A DNA stretch of 64,000 nt from Macrostomum lignano (lineage: Eukaryota), in the NCBI GenBank assembly GCA_002269645.1, contig NIVC01001639.1:26481-90480 (forward strand), written 5' to 3'. Position numbers and translations under genes: made by a program. The notes below the pieces were generated by a model. That model was not told where the DNA came from, searched no databases, and saw nothing but the letters and a program-made list of their open reading frames with translations. Shown piece after piece: positions 15,935 through 28,500 of the stretch. Position 1 is the first letter of the stretch, and each line of letters begins with the position of its first letter.

Positions 15935-17135
15935 GAATCGGAGTGAAAATGACTGAGCGAGTGAATTTCACAGATAATTAGTCAATGTGTGACTACAAAG
16001 GGACAGTATTCGAAAAATGAGTGAACATAGACTGGAAATGTGTGAAAATGAGTGAAAATGGACTGGAAATGCGTGAAAATGAGTGAAAATGGACTGGAAA
16101 TGTGTGAAAATGAGTGAACATGGACTGGAAATGTGTGAAAATGAGTGAACATGGACTGGAAATGTGTGAAAATGAGTGAACATGGACTGGAAATGTGTGA
16201 AAATGAGTGAAAATGGACTGGAAATGTGTGAAAATGAGTGAACATGGACTGGAAATGTGTGAAAATGAGTGAAAATGGACTGGAAATGTGTGAAAATGAG
16301 TGAACATGGACTGGAAATGTGTGAAAATGAGTGAACATGGACTGGAAATGTGTGAAAATGAGTGAAAATGGACTGGAAATGTGTGAAAATGAGTGAACAT
16401 GGACTGGAAATGTGTGAAAATGAGTGAACATGGACTGGAAATGTGTGAAAATGAGTGAACATGGACTGGAAATGTGTGAAAATGAGTGAACATGGACTGG
16501 AAATGTGTGAAAATGAGTGAACATGGACTGGAAATGTGTGAAAATGAGTGAACATGGACTGGAAATGTGTGAAAATGAGTGAACATAGACTGGAAATGTG
16601 TGAAAATGAGTGAAAATGGACTGGAAATGTGTGAAAATGAGTGAAAATGGACTGGAAATGTGTGAAAATGAGTGAACATGGACTGGAAATGTGTGAAAAT
16701 GAGTGAACATAGACTGGAAATGTGTGAAAATGAGTGAACATAGACTGGAAATGTGTGAAAATGAGTGAAAATGGACTGGAAATGTGTGAAAATGAGTGAA
16801 AATGGACTGGAAATGTGTGAAAATGAGTGAACATGGACTGGAAATGTGTGAAAATGAGTGAACATAGACTGGAAATGTGTGAAAATGAGTGAACATGGAC
16901 TGGAAATGTGTGAAAATGAGTGAACATAGACTGGAAATGTGTGAAAATGAGTGAACATAGACTGGAAATGTGTGAAAATGAGTGAACATGGACTGGAAAT
17001 GTGTGAAAATGAGTGAACATGGACTGGAAATGTGTGAAAATGAGTGAACATGGACTGGAAATGTGTGAAAATGAGTGAACATGGACTGGAAATGTGTGAA
17101 AATGAGTGAACATGGACTGGAAATGGACTGAGTGA
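15935..17135. repeat. 31-bp minisatellite GTGAAAATGAGTGAACATGGACTGGAAATGT just downstream of the PDI stop
   Basis: 31-nt period; gives 31-aa-periodic ORFs in all three minus frames. Confidence 0.97.
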
Positions 17136-17690
17136 AAATAGAGTGGCAGGTGTCAATGGCAGACAGACGGTTTTATTAGTTAGTGATTAATGTTAGAAGT
17201 AAAAACATTTCGCCTTCAACGCAATTAGTAACAGGTGTGTTATTAATGCGTAAATAATGGCTTATAAACTGAAGTTTAACGCAATTTCTCAACCCTCACG
17301 TCATCATAAAAAAACCGATGCACCCTACCCGCCCCATATCGCTTCCACTTAATACGCCAAATAAATATATAAGTCATAAAAACTGAATCAATCGATTCAA
17401 TTCATGAATAAACTTGCTAGGAGTTTAAAATTGTCCAAACAATTCCAATATTAGCAAATTCAAGTAAAAACTGCACCAAGGAATCATGCGCAACACTGGC
17501 TACAGAGAAAAATGTATTGTATAATTTGAAATGTTGATTCTAACATAAAAAAATTGCTGAAGATGGGTGCTTAGTGGCTTTTGGAATGGGGAATATAGAA
17601 ATAGGGATTTGGGAGTTTAGATGCAGGGTTTCGACTAGACTTGGAAGCAGATTATGATTAGAAAGCTGCACTGCAAAGGAAGTAGCATAA

Positions 17691-18176
17691 GTCAGTCAGT
17701 CAGTCAGTCAGTCAGTCAGTCAGTCAGTCAGTCAGTCAGTCAGTCAGTCAGTCAGTCAGTCAGTCAGTCAGTCAGTCACCCATTCACTCAAGACAGTCAG
17801 TCAGTCAGTCAGTCAGTCAGTCAGTCAGTCAGTCAGTCAGTCAGTCAGTCAGTCAGTCAGTCAGTCAGTCAGTCAGTCAGTCAGTCAGTCAGTCAGTCAG
17901 TCAGTCAGTCAGTCAGTCAGTCAGTCAGTCAGTCAGTCAGTCAGTCAGTCAGTCAGTCAGTCAGTCAGTCAGTCAGTCAGTCAGTCAGTCAGTCAGTCAG
18001 TCAGTCAGTCAGTCAGTCAGTCAGTCAGTCAGTCAGTCAGTCAGTCAGTCAGTCAGTCAGTCAGTCAGTCAGTCAGTCAGTCAGTCAGTCAGTCAGTCAG
18101 TCAGTCAGTCAGTCAGTCAGTCAGTCAGTCAGTCAGTCAGTCAGTCAGTCAGTCAGTCAGTCAGTCAGTCAGTCAG
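17691..18176. repeat. (GTCA)n microsatellite with one interruption near 17778-17794
   Basis: Direct reading. Confidence 0.98.
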
Positions 18177-19770
18177 AATCAAACCAAGCGGCCGCCTCCG
18201 CCTGTGGAATATCGAGCGCCCCCCGGCCGAGCCGGCAGATCAGCAGCGATTCGATCCGGTGGCGCGCAGTCGCCCCCTCGCCGCCGCTGCCGTCGCCAGC
18301 CCAGTCTGAGGGAACCTTCGAATTGTCGGCCGCCTCGCCTAAGTCGCCGACCACCTGGCCGATGTCGAAGGCCCGCTGCAGACAACCAGCAGCCAGGTGT
18401 ACATCGGCCGGCTGGGCCAGCAGGCAGACGTTCGGGCCGGCATCCGCTGTGTAGCCGAGAACGACTCGGCCGGAGGCTTCGTTCAGCCGGTGCACGAAGT
18501 CGATGATGGCGCGCGAAGCGTCGGTCAGGTAGTGCACGGGCGGGTAGGTGTCCGCGCACACCGCATGCAGGCAGTTGCTGTCCCGCATGGACATCTCGGC
18601 CAGGCTAGCGAAGTCGCGGCCGGCCACCGCCTCGCGCACCGCGGCCAGCCTGTCGGGCAGGCAGCTCAGCCTGGCCGGAAGCAGCGAGCTGGTGGCCACG
18701 GTCCGCGCCATTGCCTGGGTGGACGGCGCCGATTTGGCGCCGGCGCCAACTACGCAGACGAGGACGCGCAGGTCCCAGTGGCCGGCCGAGGCCAGCTGGC
18801 TGGCGGTCGAGTCCACGCCGTCCGGACGCTGGCCGGCCGACCATTCGGCGAAGCCGGCGAACAGAGAGCGGCAGGCGGAGCCGGAGCCGAGCCGGGCCAC
18901 CGTGCTGAGCCAGCGAAGGGTGTCGGCGCTGACGGTGCGGAGGAAGGGAATGGGTGTACAACTGGGGTGCTAGACTGACAAGATTACAACCATAACTGAC
19001 AAGACTACAGCCACAGCTGACAAGATAACAATCACAGCTGACAAGATAACAATCACAGCTGACAAGATAACAGCCCTAGCTGACAAGATAACAGCCCCAG
19101 CAGACAAGATAACAGCCCCAGCTGACAAGATAACAACCACAGCTGACAAAATAACAGCTCCAGCTGACAAGATAACAGCCCTAGCTGACAAGATAACAGC
19201 CCCAGCTGACAAGATAACAGCCCCAGCTGACAAGATAACAACCACAGCTGACAAAATAACAGCCCCAGCTGACAAAATAACAGCCCTAGCTGACAAGATA
19301 ACAGCCCCAGCTGACAAGATAACAGCCCCAGCTGACAGCTACACTCACTCGCAGCTGTCCGAACCGCCGTCGCCCACAATTCCGTACAGCCTGGCGACGG
19401 CAACCGCAAAGGCGCACAAACCCGAAGAGGAGCTGGCGAGGCCGGCAGCCGTGGGGAAGCTGTTCCTGGTGGCAACCCGCACCTTCCAGCTGGCCAAGTC
19501 CTGGCCCCGCTGGCAACGCTGACGCAGCGACTGCAGTACAGCGCGCATCCGGTCAGTAACCTCGACCGGTTTGCCGTTCAACTCAACAAAATCTTCGGCA
19601 AATTCTGGCGAAGCCGTTGCCATAGTAACCGTGCGCATCAGCTGGTCGTCAAGGGTAACGCTGATAGAGTTATTTAGCGGCAGCACCAGCCTGCTGTCTC
19701 GCTTGCCCCAGTATTTAATTAGCGCCAAGTTTGGCGCCGCCGCCGCGTAGGCAATAAAACTTTCGTCAGA
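18169..19770 (-). CDS. MVD: Diphosphomevalonate decarboxylase; join complement(19349..19770,18169..18928), start exon not identified
   Basis: NLALIKYWGKRD, PLNNSISVTLD, NSFPTAAGLASSSSG, ARLGSGSACRSLFAG, MRDSNCLHAVCADTYPPVHY and YTADAGPN motifs. Phase-2 intron 18929-19348 with GT-AG. Confidence 0.93.
18975..19338. repeat. 21-bp minisatellite AGCTGACAAGATAACAGCCCC filling the MVD intron
   Basis: 21-nt period. Confidence 0.95.
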
Positions 19771-19864
19771 CTGCAAAATGCACGTAAAATCAAACACTAC
19801 TATGAGTAGCACTGAATTTTACTATAAATAGCTTTGTAACTATAAAATGGAATCTATATAATTC

Positions 19865-20145
19865 CATCCTACTATAAGTAGCATCTCAACTGGAAAACTC
19901 GAATTCTATCCTACTATAAGTAGCATCTCGACTAGAAAACTCGAATTCTATCCTACCATAAGTAGCATCTCGACTGGAAAACTCGAATTCTATCCTACTA
20001 TAAGTAGTATCTCAACAGGAAAACTCGAATTTTATCCTACCATAAGTAGCATCTCGACTGGAAAACTCGAATTCTATCCTACTATAAGTAGGATCTCGAC
20101 TGGAAAACTCGAATTTTATCCTACTATAAGTAGCATCTCAACTAC
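19865..20145. repeat. 42-bp minisatellite TAGCATCTCGACTGGAAAACTCGAATTCTATCCTACTATAAG
   Basis: About 6-7 copies at a 42-nt period. Confidence 0.9.
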
Positions 20146-21105
20146 AAAACCCTAAACACTATTGCAAGCGGGCGTAAATCTAAAGCTAGAAGTTATTTGT
20201 AACTTTATATAAGCAGTTGACTTGTACCATGGATTAATAAATCAAGGTGAATTAAAAGTAAGCAAACAAACAAGGATCACTTAGTTAATACATAAGAGTA
20301 TGACAGACTTTCACCTGTAGGCTGTCACATTGCCAGTTACATAAGCGCCTTGTATATTTCGCTCAATTGGGAAGTGGACTTTAAGATAACTTCTGTCTAA
20401 GAGTGGAGATTTGAGTGTAGCTGAGACAGGGGAGACACTGGGGCAGTTACCGGTAGTTAAATCCAAAAACCTGTGGTAATTAGACTGAGGGAGGCCAGGG
20501 GTTGGGGGCGCAAAAGCTTTAAAACAGTACTCGCGCATTATTCTGGTTGAATTTGCTACAAAAACACAGCTGGATACGGCACTGCTATTTGCGCACGGAA
20601 TTATTAATCAAACGTATTTGTATTTAACAATAATAGATGCACACACATATATACTACTGCTATTCTTATCAGTAATCCGCTCAAATAAGTAGTACGTATA
20701 GCATGCATAAATAAATGAATAAATAAATATTATGAAGACACACAAATTCTCACACTGATTACATAAACCCTGCATACAGGACAGACAGAGAGCAGTCTGG
20801 GGGGACCGAGACCCAGCAACCCCGAAGCCCATTTGACCCCTAGAAGACGGCGCCTAGAATATATAACATAACAATGATAATAGTTAACAGTATTGTAGCA
20901 CTGATAAATAGCAGGTACATTCTCCATCGAGGGGCGAAGAGGGGAGGGCAGGCGTTGGGGCGTCGGCTCCATTAATGCTAAGGAAACACCATCTGCAAAG
21001 TCTTTATTGTATTATTATCATTAATTCTTATGATGCGCGGCAAAAACATATGATTAATAGTTGATAATAATAATAACAATAATCATTATTATCATTATCT
21101 ATAGA

Positions 21106-24100
21106 TTAGCAGCATCCGCCACCGCCAGACTTGACCGGCTGAGTGCCCGGGTTGACTTTGATGGCCGGCCGAGTCTTTTGGTCGGCTGTCACAGGCCCCA
21201 TTCGTGCCTTGATCTCCGAGGCCATGGACAAGAACGCCTGCTCCACGTTGGTGGCGTTCTTGGCGCTGGTCTCCAGGAATTGAATGCCCAGGGACTCGGC
21301 GTATTCCTGGTGGGTTGAGGGGTCAGGTGTGCAACTGGGTGTACAGTGGGGTCTGTGGGAGTGTGGCAGTGGGTGTACAGTGGGTCTATGGGGTGCGCAA
21401 CTGGGTGTACAGTGGGGTCTGTGTGGTGTGCGACTGGGTGTACAGTGGGTCTATGGGGTGCGCAACTGGGTGTACAGTGGGGTCTGTGGGGGTGTACAAC
21501 TGGGTGTACAGTGGGGTCTGTGGGAGTGTGGCAGTGGGCGTACAGTGGGGTCTGTGGGGGTGTGAGTGTGGCAGTGTGTGAACTGTGAGGATGACTGGTT
21601 GTACAATCGGGTCGGTCTGTGGGTGTACATAAAGGGTTTCGAGAACAACCAGAGTACACTGGGATTCAAGGTTAACATCAACAGAAAGTAGCCTCACCTT
21701 GGCGGTGGCAAAGTCCACCACCTTGTTGGCCGTGAGGTCGCACTTGTTTCCCACTAGCAGGCGGTTGACGCTGTCGGAGGCGTAGCGCTCGATCTCCTGC
21801 AGCCAGTTCTTCACGTTGTTGAAAGAGTCCTGGTCGGTGACGTCATAGACTACGATGATGCCGTGGGCGCCGCGATAGTAGGATGAGGTGATGGTGCGGA
21901 ACCGCTCCTGGCCGGCCGTGTCCCAGATCTAGAATGATGGTTGCGAAAGCAGAATTATATTTGTATGACCAGATTCTGTTGTGACTGCAATCTAGTCTGA
22001 CCAGATACTGTTGTGACTGCAATCTAGTCTGACCAGATTCTGTTGTGACTGCAATCTAGTCTGACCAGATTCTGTTGTGACTGCAATCTAGTCTGACCAG
22101 ATTCTGTTGTGACTGCAATCCAGTCTGACCAGATTCTGTTGTGACTGCAATCTAGTCTGACCAGATTCTGTTGTGACTGCAATCCAGTCTGACCAGATTC
22201 TGTTGTGACTGCAATCCAGCCTGATTAAAGATTATATTGTGACTGCAATCCAGTCTGACCAGATTATATTGTGACTGCAATCTAGTCTGGCTAGATTCTG
22301 TTGTGACTGCAATCCAGTCTGACCAGATTCTGTTGTGACTGCAATCTAGTCTGACCAGATTCTGTTGTGACTGCAATCCAGTCTGACCAGATTCTGTTGT
22401 GACTGCAATCCAGCCTGATTAAAGATTATATTGTGACTGCAATCCAGTCTGACCAGATTATATTGTGACTGCAATCTAGTCTGGCTAGATTCTGTTGTGA
22501 CTGCAATCCAGTCTGACCAGATTCTGTTGTGACTGCAATCTAGTCTGACCAGATTCTGTTGTGACTGCAATCCAGTCTGACCAGATTCTGTTGTGACTGC
22601 AATCTAGTCTGACCAGATTCTGTTGTGACTGCAATCCAGTCTGACCAGATTCTGTTGTGACTGCAATCCAGCCTGATTAAAGATTATATTGTGACTGCAA
22701 TCCAGTCTGACCAGATTCTGTTGTGACTGCAATCTAGTCTGACCAGATTCTGTTGTGACTGCAATCCAGTCTGACCAGATTCTGTTGTGACTGCAATCTA
22801 GTCTGACCAGATTCTGTTGTGACTGCAATCCAGTCTGACCAGATTCTGTTGTGACTGCAATCCAGCCTGATTAAAGATTATATTGTGACTGCAATCCAGT
22901 CTGACCAGATTATATTGTGACTGCAATCTAGTCTGACCAGATTCTGTTGTGACTGCAATCCAGTCTGACCAGATTCTGTTGTGACTGCAATCCAGCCTGA
23001 TTAAAGATTATATTGTGACTGCAATCCAGTCTGACCAGATTATATTGTGACTGCAATCCAGTCTGACCAGATTCTAATGTGACAAAGCTAATATTTGCAG
23101 TAAAAAATTGAAGTTCCTAAAAATTGAAAAAAAAACATAAATAACCTGCAGCTTGATAGTTTTGCCATCCAGTTCAATAGTTCGAATCTTGAAATCCACG
23201 CCAATGGTACTGATGTAGCTGTCTGTGTAAGTGTCATCAGCAAAGCGCAGCAGAAGGCAGCTTTTACCAACACCCGAGTCGCCAATAAGCAACAGCTTGA
23301 ACAGGTAGTCGCTGATAGGTTTGGGCAAGGAAGTGAAGGAAAGTAAGTATTACATTACAGTTTGATTTTTTATCCAAAAAGTACAAATATACTGTAATAT
23401 ACTATTAATAATTGCTTCAAAACTGTCTTTAAGAATTTAGATTTTTTGTAAGATATGCTAACAAAAATTCTCAAAAGTCTAGATTAGCATGTCATATTAG
23501 TAATTAGATACAATGGTATAATATATCATACTATAACATCTGCATAATATGCCATATTGCAATAATAATCTTATATAACATAAAGCAGGTAAATTAGGCA
23601 GCTTTAAACACTTTAAATGTTTGAACAATCCACCTCACTGTTTCACTTGCCATCATTCTAACCCACTCTCTTGTTGCATCATTATGTATCTTTTTGCCCT
23701 ATGAATTTTATACAGTAATATGTATGTAAAATTAATTATTTATGTATTTATTTATTCCATTTGCCCTAATGTGCAATGGGCAAATGTGCAAAGATCAGCT
23801 CAGCTATAGTCTACTGCATGGTGCATCTGAAGGCTGCATATGGCTGTTTAGTCCAATGACTAAGGGGTTGCCATGTATACTTTCAATTATCCTAACTAAT
23901 GCAAGTATCCATTTTATAGCTGGGTGAACTAAAGCAATGCAGAATTATGTTTTGTTTAAGGATTCAAATAAGATTGGGAATCAAACCCAAAACCTTTTAA
24001 TCATAAGTCCAATGCTCTAACCACTAGGCTATAACCCCCGTAATATATATTTGCCTTAACTAACTACCTCTAATGCCCAAGGTGCATGCATATCATCATG

Positions 24101-25180
24101 GGTTTTTTATATGTTGCTCCCCTTAATCATAGAGAATATCATTGCAGGGGTAGATCCAAAGGAGGGGCCAAGGGAGCCATGGCCCCCCTTAGCTGCGGCC
24201 AAAGAAATTTTGATCATATTTTTTGGCTTGCTACTATGCCAAATCTTTTTTATTTTAATTTCTTTTAATTCTAATTTAGTTTATTGGCAAAAAAAATATA
24301 TTTGATTGCTTTGGGACCTACCTTGCTATGTTTTTTGTTTATACTCCCACTTTGCCCATGTCTACCTCTGTTTTAAACATAGAAATAAATAATAAATAAA
24401 ATAATTTAATTTATACAAGTTTAGAAAAATACTTAAGCATATTATATTTCTAATATAATACATGCTATTAATATTTAACAAATAAGTTTTAGTTTATACC
24501 ACATATATATATATATATAATAGTTTAGCCTATAATAGAAAGAGAAGTTTAAAATTCTTAAAATCTTTTTGTTTGTCTATTTTATTTATTTAATTAGGCT
24601 TATAGCCTAATTTTTTTATATTGATTATTTTAAACAATTAGCTAATCTTTAAATTAAAAAGAAATCTTTACTTTATAATAGTTACCTACTACATAATAAT
24701 TTGTCAAGTTATTAACTTAACTATGTATTATTTCAAATGGTTTAAAGATATTTTTTTCTAATAGGAACATTTTAATATAAAATTAAAAAATAACCTGTAA
24801 AACTAAGAAAGTTAACTCAGTGACAACCTTTGTCACATTAACCATTAGGTCTAGCCATTGCAATTTGAATATCACAAAAGATACAATACTGTCAACATAG
24901 ATGGTTAAAATACATACATTCATTATCCTTTATGACACCAAAGCAAGATAGGTAAGCAAAGTTTAATTTTATTTAATATGCAGCATTATCAATTTATATC
25001 TTAGCTATATCTTATATTATATATCTGATTTTATATTTCATATCTATACTACTTTAGGTCTAGACTACTATAGATACAAACAAAGTAAAAAAGCATGAGT
25101 GTATAACCCAGTGAGATAACAGGAAAGCTACTAAATGAGCAAAGAATGATTCAAATCGTTACTTACTATTCTGGAGTCAT
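21106..25180 (-). CDS. RAB1: Ras-related GTPase Rab1, 203 aa; join complement(25167..25180,23146..23311,21698..21928,21106..21306)
   Basis: MTPEY|[37 protein letters not shown]|[34 protein letters not shown] and C-terminal GGGCC. GT-AG sites with compatible phases; AATAAA at 21003-21008 (-). Confidence 0.96.
21320..21625. repeat. Degenerate minisatellite (GGGTGTACAGTGGGGTCT core) in Rab1 intron 3
   Basis: Direct reading. Confidence 0.85.
21965..23075. repeat. 32-bp minisatellite GTCTGACCAGATTCTGTTGTGACTGCAATCCA with a 34-bp variant forming higher-order blocks, Rab1 intron 2
   Basis: 32-nt period; identical ORFs recur at 194- and 258-nt offsets. Confidence 0.96.
23790..24032 (-). mobile_element. 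Decayed AT-rich copy of the tRNA-derived CORE-type SINE seen at 43333-43580
   Basis: Reverse complement aligns colinearly with the 43.3 kb copy from head (agcctagtggttagagc) to tail (cagccttcagatgc...ctgagctg). Confidence 0.85.
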
Positions 25181-25381
25181 CTATATGAGTACGGAAATTT
25201 AGTTACTAAGTAACAAATACAAAATACTACACAACAATTTCAATAAGTAAGCTCAAGTGAAGGTGGAACTCCACTTTCAAGGAATCAACATTTAAATCCT
25301 AGACAACGCTTGTTGTTTAAAGTAAAACAAAGTGAAAAAAATCTGCAACAATTTGAGGTAAAAAGTAACAGTAGACTTACT

Positions 25382-25554
25382 TTTTCTATTTTAAAATAAA
25401 ATAATTTTTGTTATTTTTTAAATAAAGTAGCAAAAAAGCGTTTCGTCTCTCTAGTAACACATAGAACTATGTTCATTTTAAATTACTTATTATAAAACAC
25501 TACGAGAGGAATCCAAATAGTGAGTGATTAGTACGCACCAAAACTGTCAACATA
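25382..25554. promoter_or_regulatory. Probable bidirectional promoter between Rab1 (-) and AK7 (+)
   Basis: A minus-strand GTAAGT donor at 25376-25381 implies a Rab1 5'UTR exon ending at 25382; AK7 ATG at 25555. No TSS data. Confidence 0.45.
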
Positions 25555-28500
25555 ATGGCTGCTGAAGCTACCAAGCCAGTTCGGATTTTCGTCAATCATG
25601 TTGACGAATATCAGGGATACCATATTTCAAAGGTGAGTTTATATTTCTGTTTTGATAAGAGACAGAAAACTATTATTCAAGTTATTTGTATGCTAATTAC
25701 AGTTGTTTTGATGGTAGAGGTCATAGATATATTGATTTATTAAAAATGTGATTTTATTATATAATAATAAAATACTAAAATAAATCTTCAGTCTAGCAGT
25801 CTTTAAAAAACATCCTAGATAATCTATATTAGATTAAATAAATTTTAAGCTTGTTTTATAAAAAGTTCATTACGATTTATGAGCACAATTTAAGTTGACT
25901 ACTTGATTCCACCTAATAAAGAGCAGAAATTATTATTTGCTCACTTTTATAATTTCGGTCCAGAAACTAACCTAGAAGTTTAACTCGAAATTTCGCTCTT
26001 TTTAATGATTCCATTGCAGAACTGAAAAAGTAAATTTATATTACTATCATTTGACTTTCAGTACCTTTCACAATGCGCCGTTGGTGCTACTCTTGAAGAC
26101 AACGAAGAAGAAGAGGAAGAGGCCGGATCTGTCCTCAGCGGAGACTTCCCAGTGAAGCCAAAGGAAGGCTGCTATGAAATCCATGGCACTTTGAAAAAGA
26201 CAGGGGCCAAGCAGCCAGAGTTCGTGAAGGAGATCCTCAGCGTAAGCTTCTTATTCATTTGGGGTTTTATTCTGATTAGTCTGCAATACTGATGAAGATT
26301 TGACCGAATACCATAAATGTTGCTTTTCTAGTACGACACCAGGGAGCAGATGTACGAACATCTGGTCGAGTGCGACGTTATTGTATACGACATCACCCAA
26401 GATCCGGACCAAATTGAAGAGGCGATGTGGGCTCTCACCGAGCTGCATCAAGACATTGAGAAGCTGGAGTCTCAGAAGGTTTTCATCCTCCTGTCCACCG
26501 TGATGACGTGGGCTAAGAGCAAACCGGCTGATGAGGTGAGCCTTATGTGCAACTAGTACTTAATAATGCTTTTCGTACATCCGTCGAAATCCGAAACCGC
26601 ATTTGCAGGAGGATCTCGAGAGTCCGCTGACCGAGGAGGACTATCGCAAACGGAAGCCGCACCAGAACTACAAGGAGCATCTGGCGGCGGAGAAGGCCGC
26701 AGTCAAGTATGGAAAAACGGTGAGCTGCCCAGCCGTATTCTACCACGTGTCTGTACGCAAAATACACGTGTACCAAGATAGGATATGGTATTAGTACATG
26801 TACACCTGTGTCTGTCTGAGCGCTGTGCTAATTAGGGTCACGTTATCAGTACACATTTGAACACAAGTACATACCCTGTACCAATCGGTCCTCAGTTAAA
26901 TTAATAATCCAACTAACCACCTCACTCCCATTCGCAGAAGAAGAGCAGGCTCACAACTTACATTGTGGCCAGCGGTCTGACCTACGGCTGCGGAGAGAAC
27001 ATCTTCCACAGCTTCTTCAAGGCCGCCTGGCACAACGCCTTCACTCTGCCAGTTTACGGAAATGGTCAGAATGTTCTGCCCATGATTCACATCCGTGATC
27101 TGGCCGCGGTGTTGCAGAACATCGCCGACAGCAAGCCGAAGGTGAAATATCTGGTGGCGGTTGACGACTCGCAGAACATGCTGGATGAAGTTGTCAAAGC
27201 AGTGTCTGTCGGCCTCTGCACTGGCAAGATTCGCACGGTGACAAAGGAGGAGGCCGCCCTATCTAAGGACATCGATGTGAGTGACGGGAATGAATGTTAA
27301 ATCCTCATTGACTCCAATCTCAACTAAAGCCATCGACTAATCTCATTTTGAAGTGCTGGACCAGTCGACTCAAAACGCTGAGACATCCTATCCACGTCCC
27401 TCCCTTGGGTTTCCGTGGAAATCATGGGATAAACTGAGGAAAATGACAATTAGAAACTGTGGAATAGAACCAAAAAGTTTCGTAGTTCCTCAGGGTCGCA
27501 CACGATCGGACAGAATCGCAGCAGGAATGGCTCGGAATTTTCCAGTTTGGCTTCTGTCGTGCTCACAAAACAGTCTGAAAGGACCGGGTTTTCTGTGTCT
27601 AAAATTCAACGATTTGCACTTTTACCATTGTTGCTCGTAAGTGTCTCAAGTGGACAGCTTTTCCCTCGAAACACTTTCAATAAAAGTGCGCTGTCAGATC
27701 CTATAGAAACAGCATCACAGGGCGCGTCTCTGCGCTTGGGCGCGAACATCGTAGTCGACAAAACGCCAAGTGCGCAGTCTGTCACCGCCGGTATGATGCT
27801 TGCAGCGTAAGCAGCAGCACCTCCTGCAGGCTGGCGCGGTGAGCTCGTATACAGTGCCGCGTTGGTGCCTCGCTCGTTGCTGGTCTTGAAGGCGGTGCGT
27901 AGCACGCACGCCGGGTCAAATTGCTGTTTTGAGCGAGTCCGTCAGCGTCCAGGTCTCAGCGTCCAGGTCGCAGGATGGTCTCGACCACCGCCTTCTGGTT
28001 GTCACTTAGGGCCTGGGGCGGAAACCATTTAGCATCACTGCACGAACTGTTTTACTGTTTTCTGGATGGAATCCCTCCGCGTTTCTTGTCGACTGGTACC
28101 GAAAGTCGGTCTGGTTAGCATCTTGGCTCGGGCTCCGTTCCACTGCTTATGTTGACGTCCCCCTTTTTGATCCCGCACAATGCCCGCGCCCGCCCCGCAG
28201 CAAGCCACGCTGGACCAGCTGATGCTCTCACTGCGTCTTGACGCCATCTACGTGAAGGAGAACTTCAAGATTAACTGGGCCTGCGAAACGGGCATCGTGG
28301 AGAACATCGACCAGATCATCAAGGAGTACAAAAAGGAGCGCGGACTCCAGCCGATCAAGGCGTGCATCCTCGGCCCGCCCGCCTCTGGCAAGTCGGTAAT
28401 TGTGAAGCAGCTCTGCGACTTCTACAAGCTGCATCACATCCGGGCTAAGGACGTCATCACGGAGGCCATCGCCAATCTGGTGAGTGCAAGAATTTTCGGC

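Noticed and set aside
15968-17156. Three 366-387 aa His/Phe-rich ORFs
   Set aside because: All three minus frames of a 31-bp repeat; artefact.
24146-24370. Decayed MITE with GGGGCCAAGGGAGCCATGGCCCCCC end
   Set aside because: Terminal similarity is too weak to define both ends or a TSD.
18169-25180. Functional cluster or operon of MVD (isoprenoid supply) and Rab1 (geranylgeranylated)
   Set aside because: Adjacency of two housekeeping genes is plausible by chance; Rab1 has its own poly(A) signal and there is no evidence of polycistronic processing.
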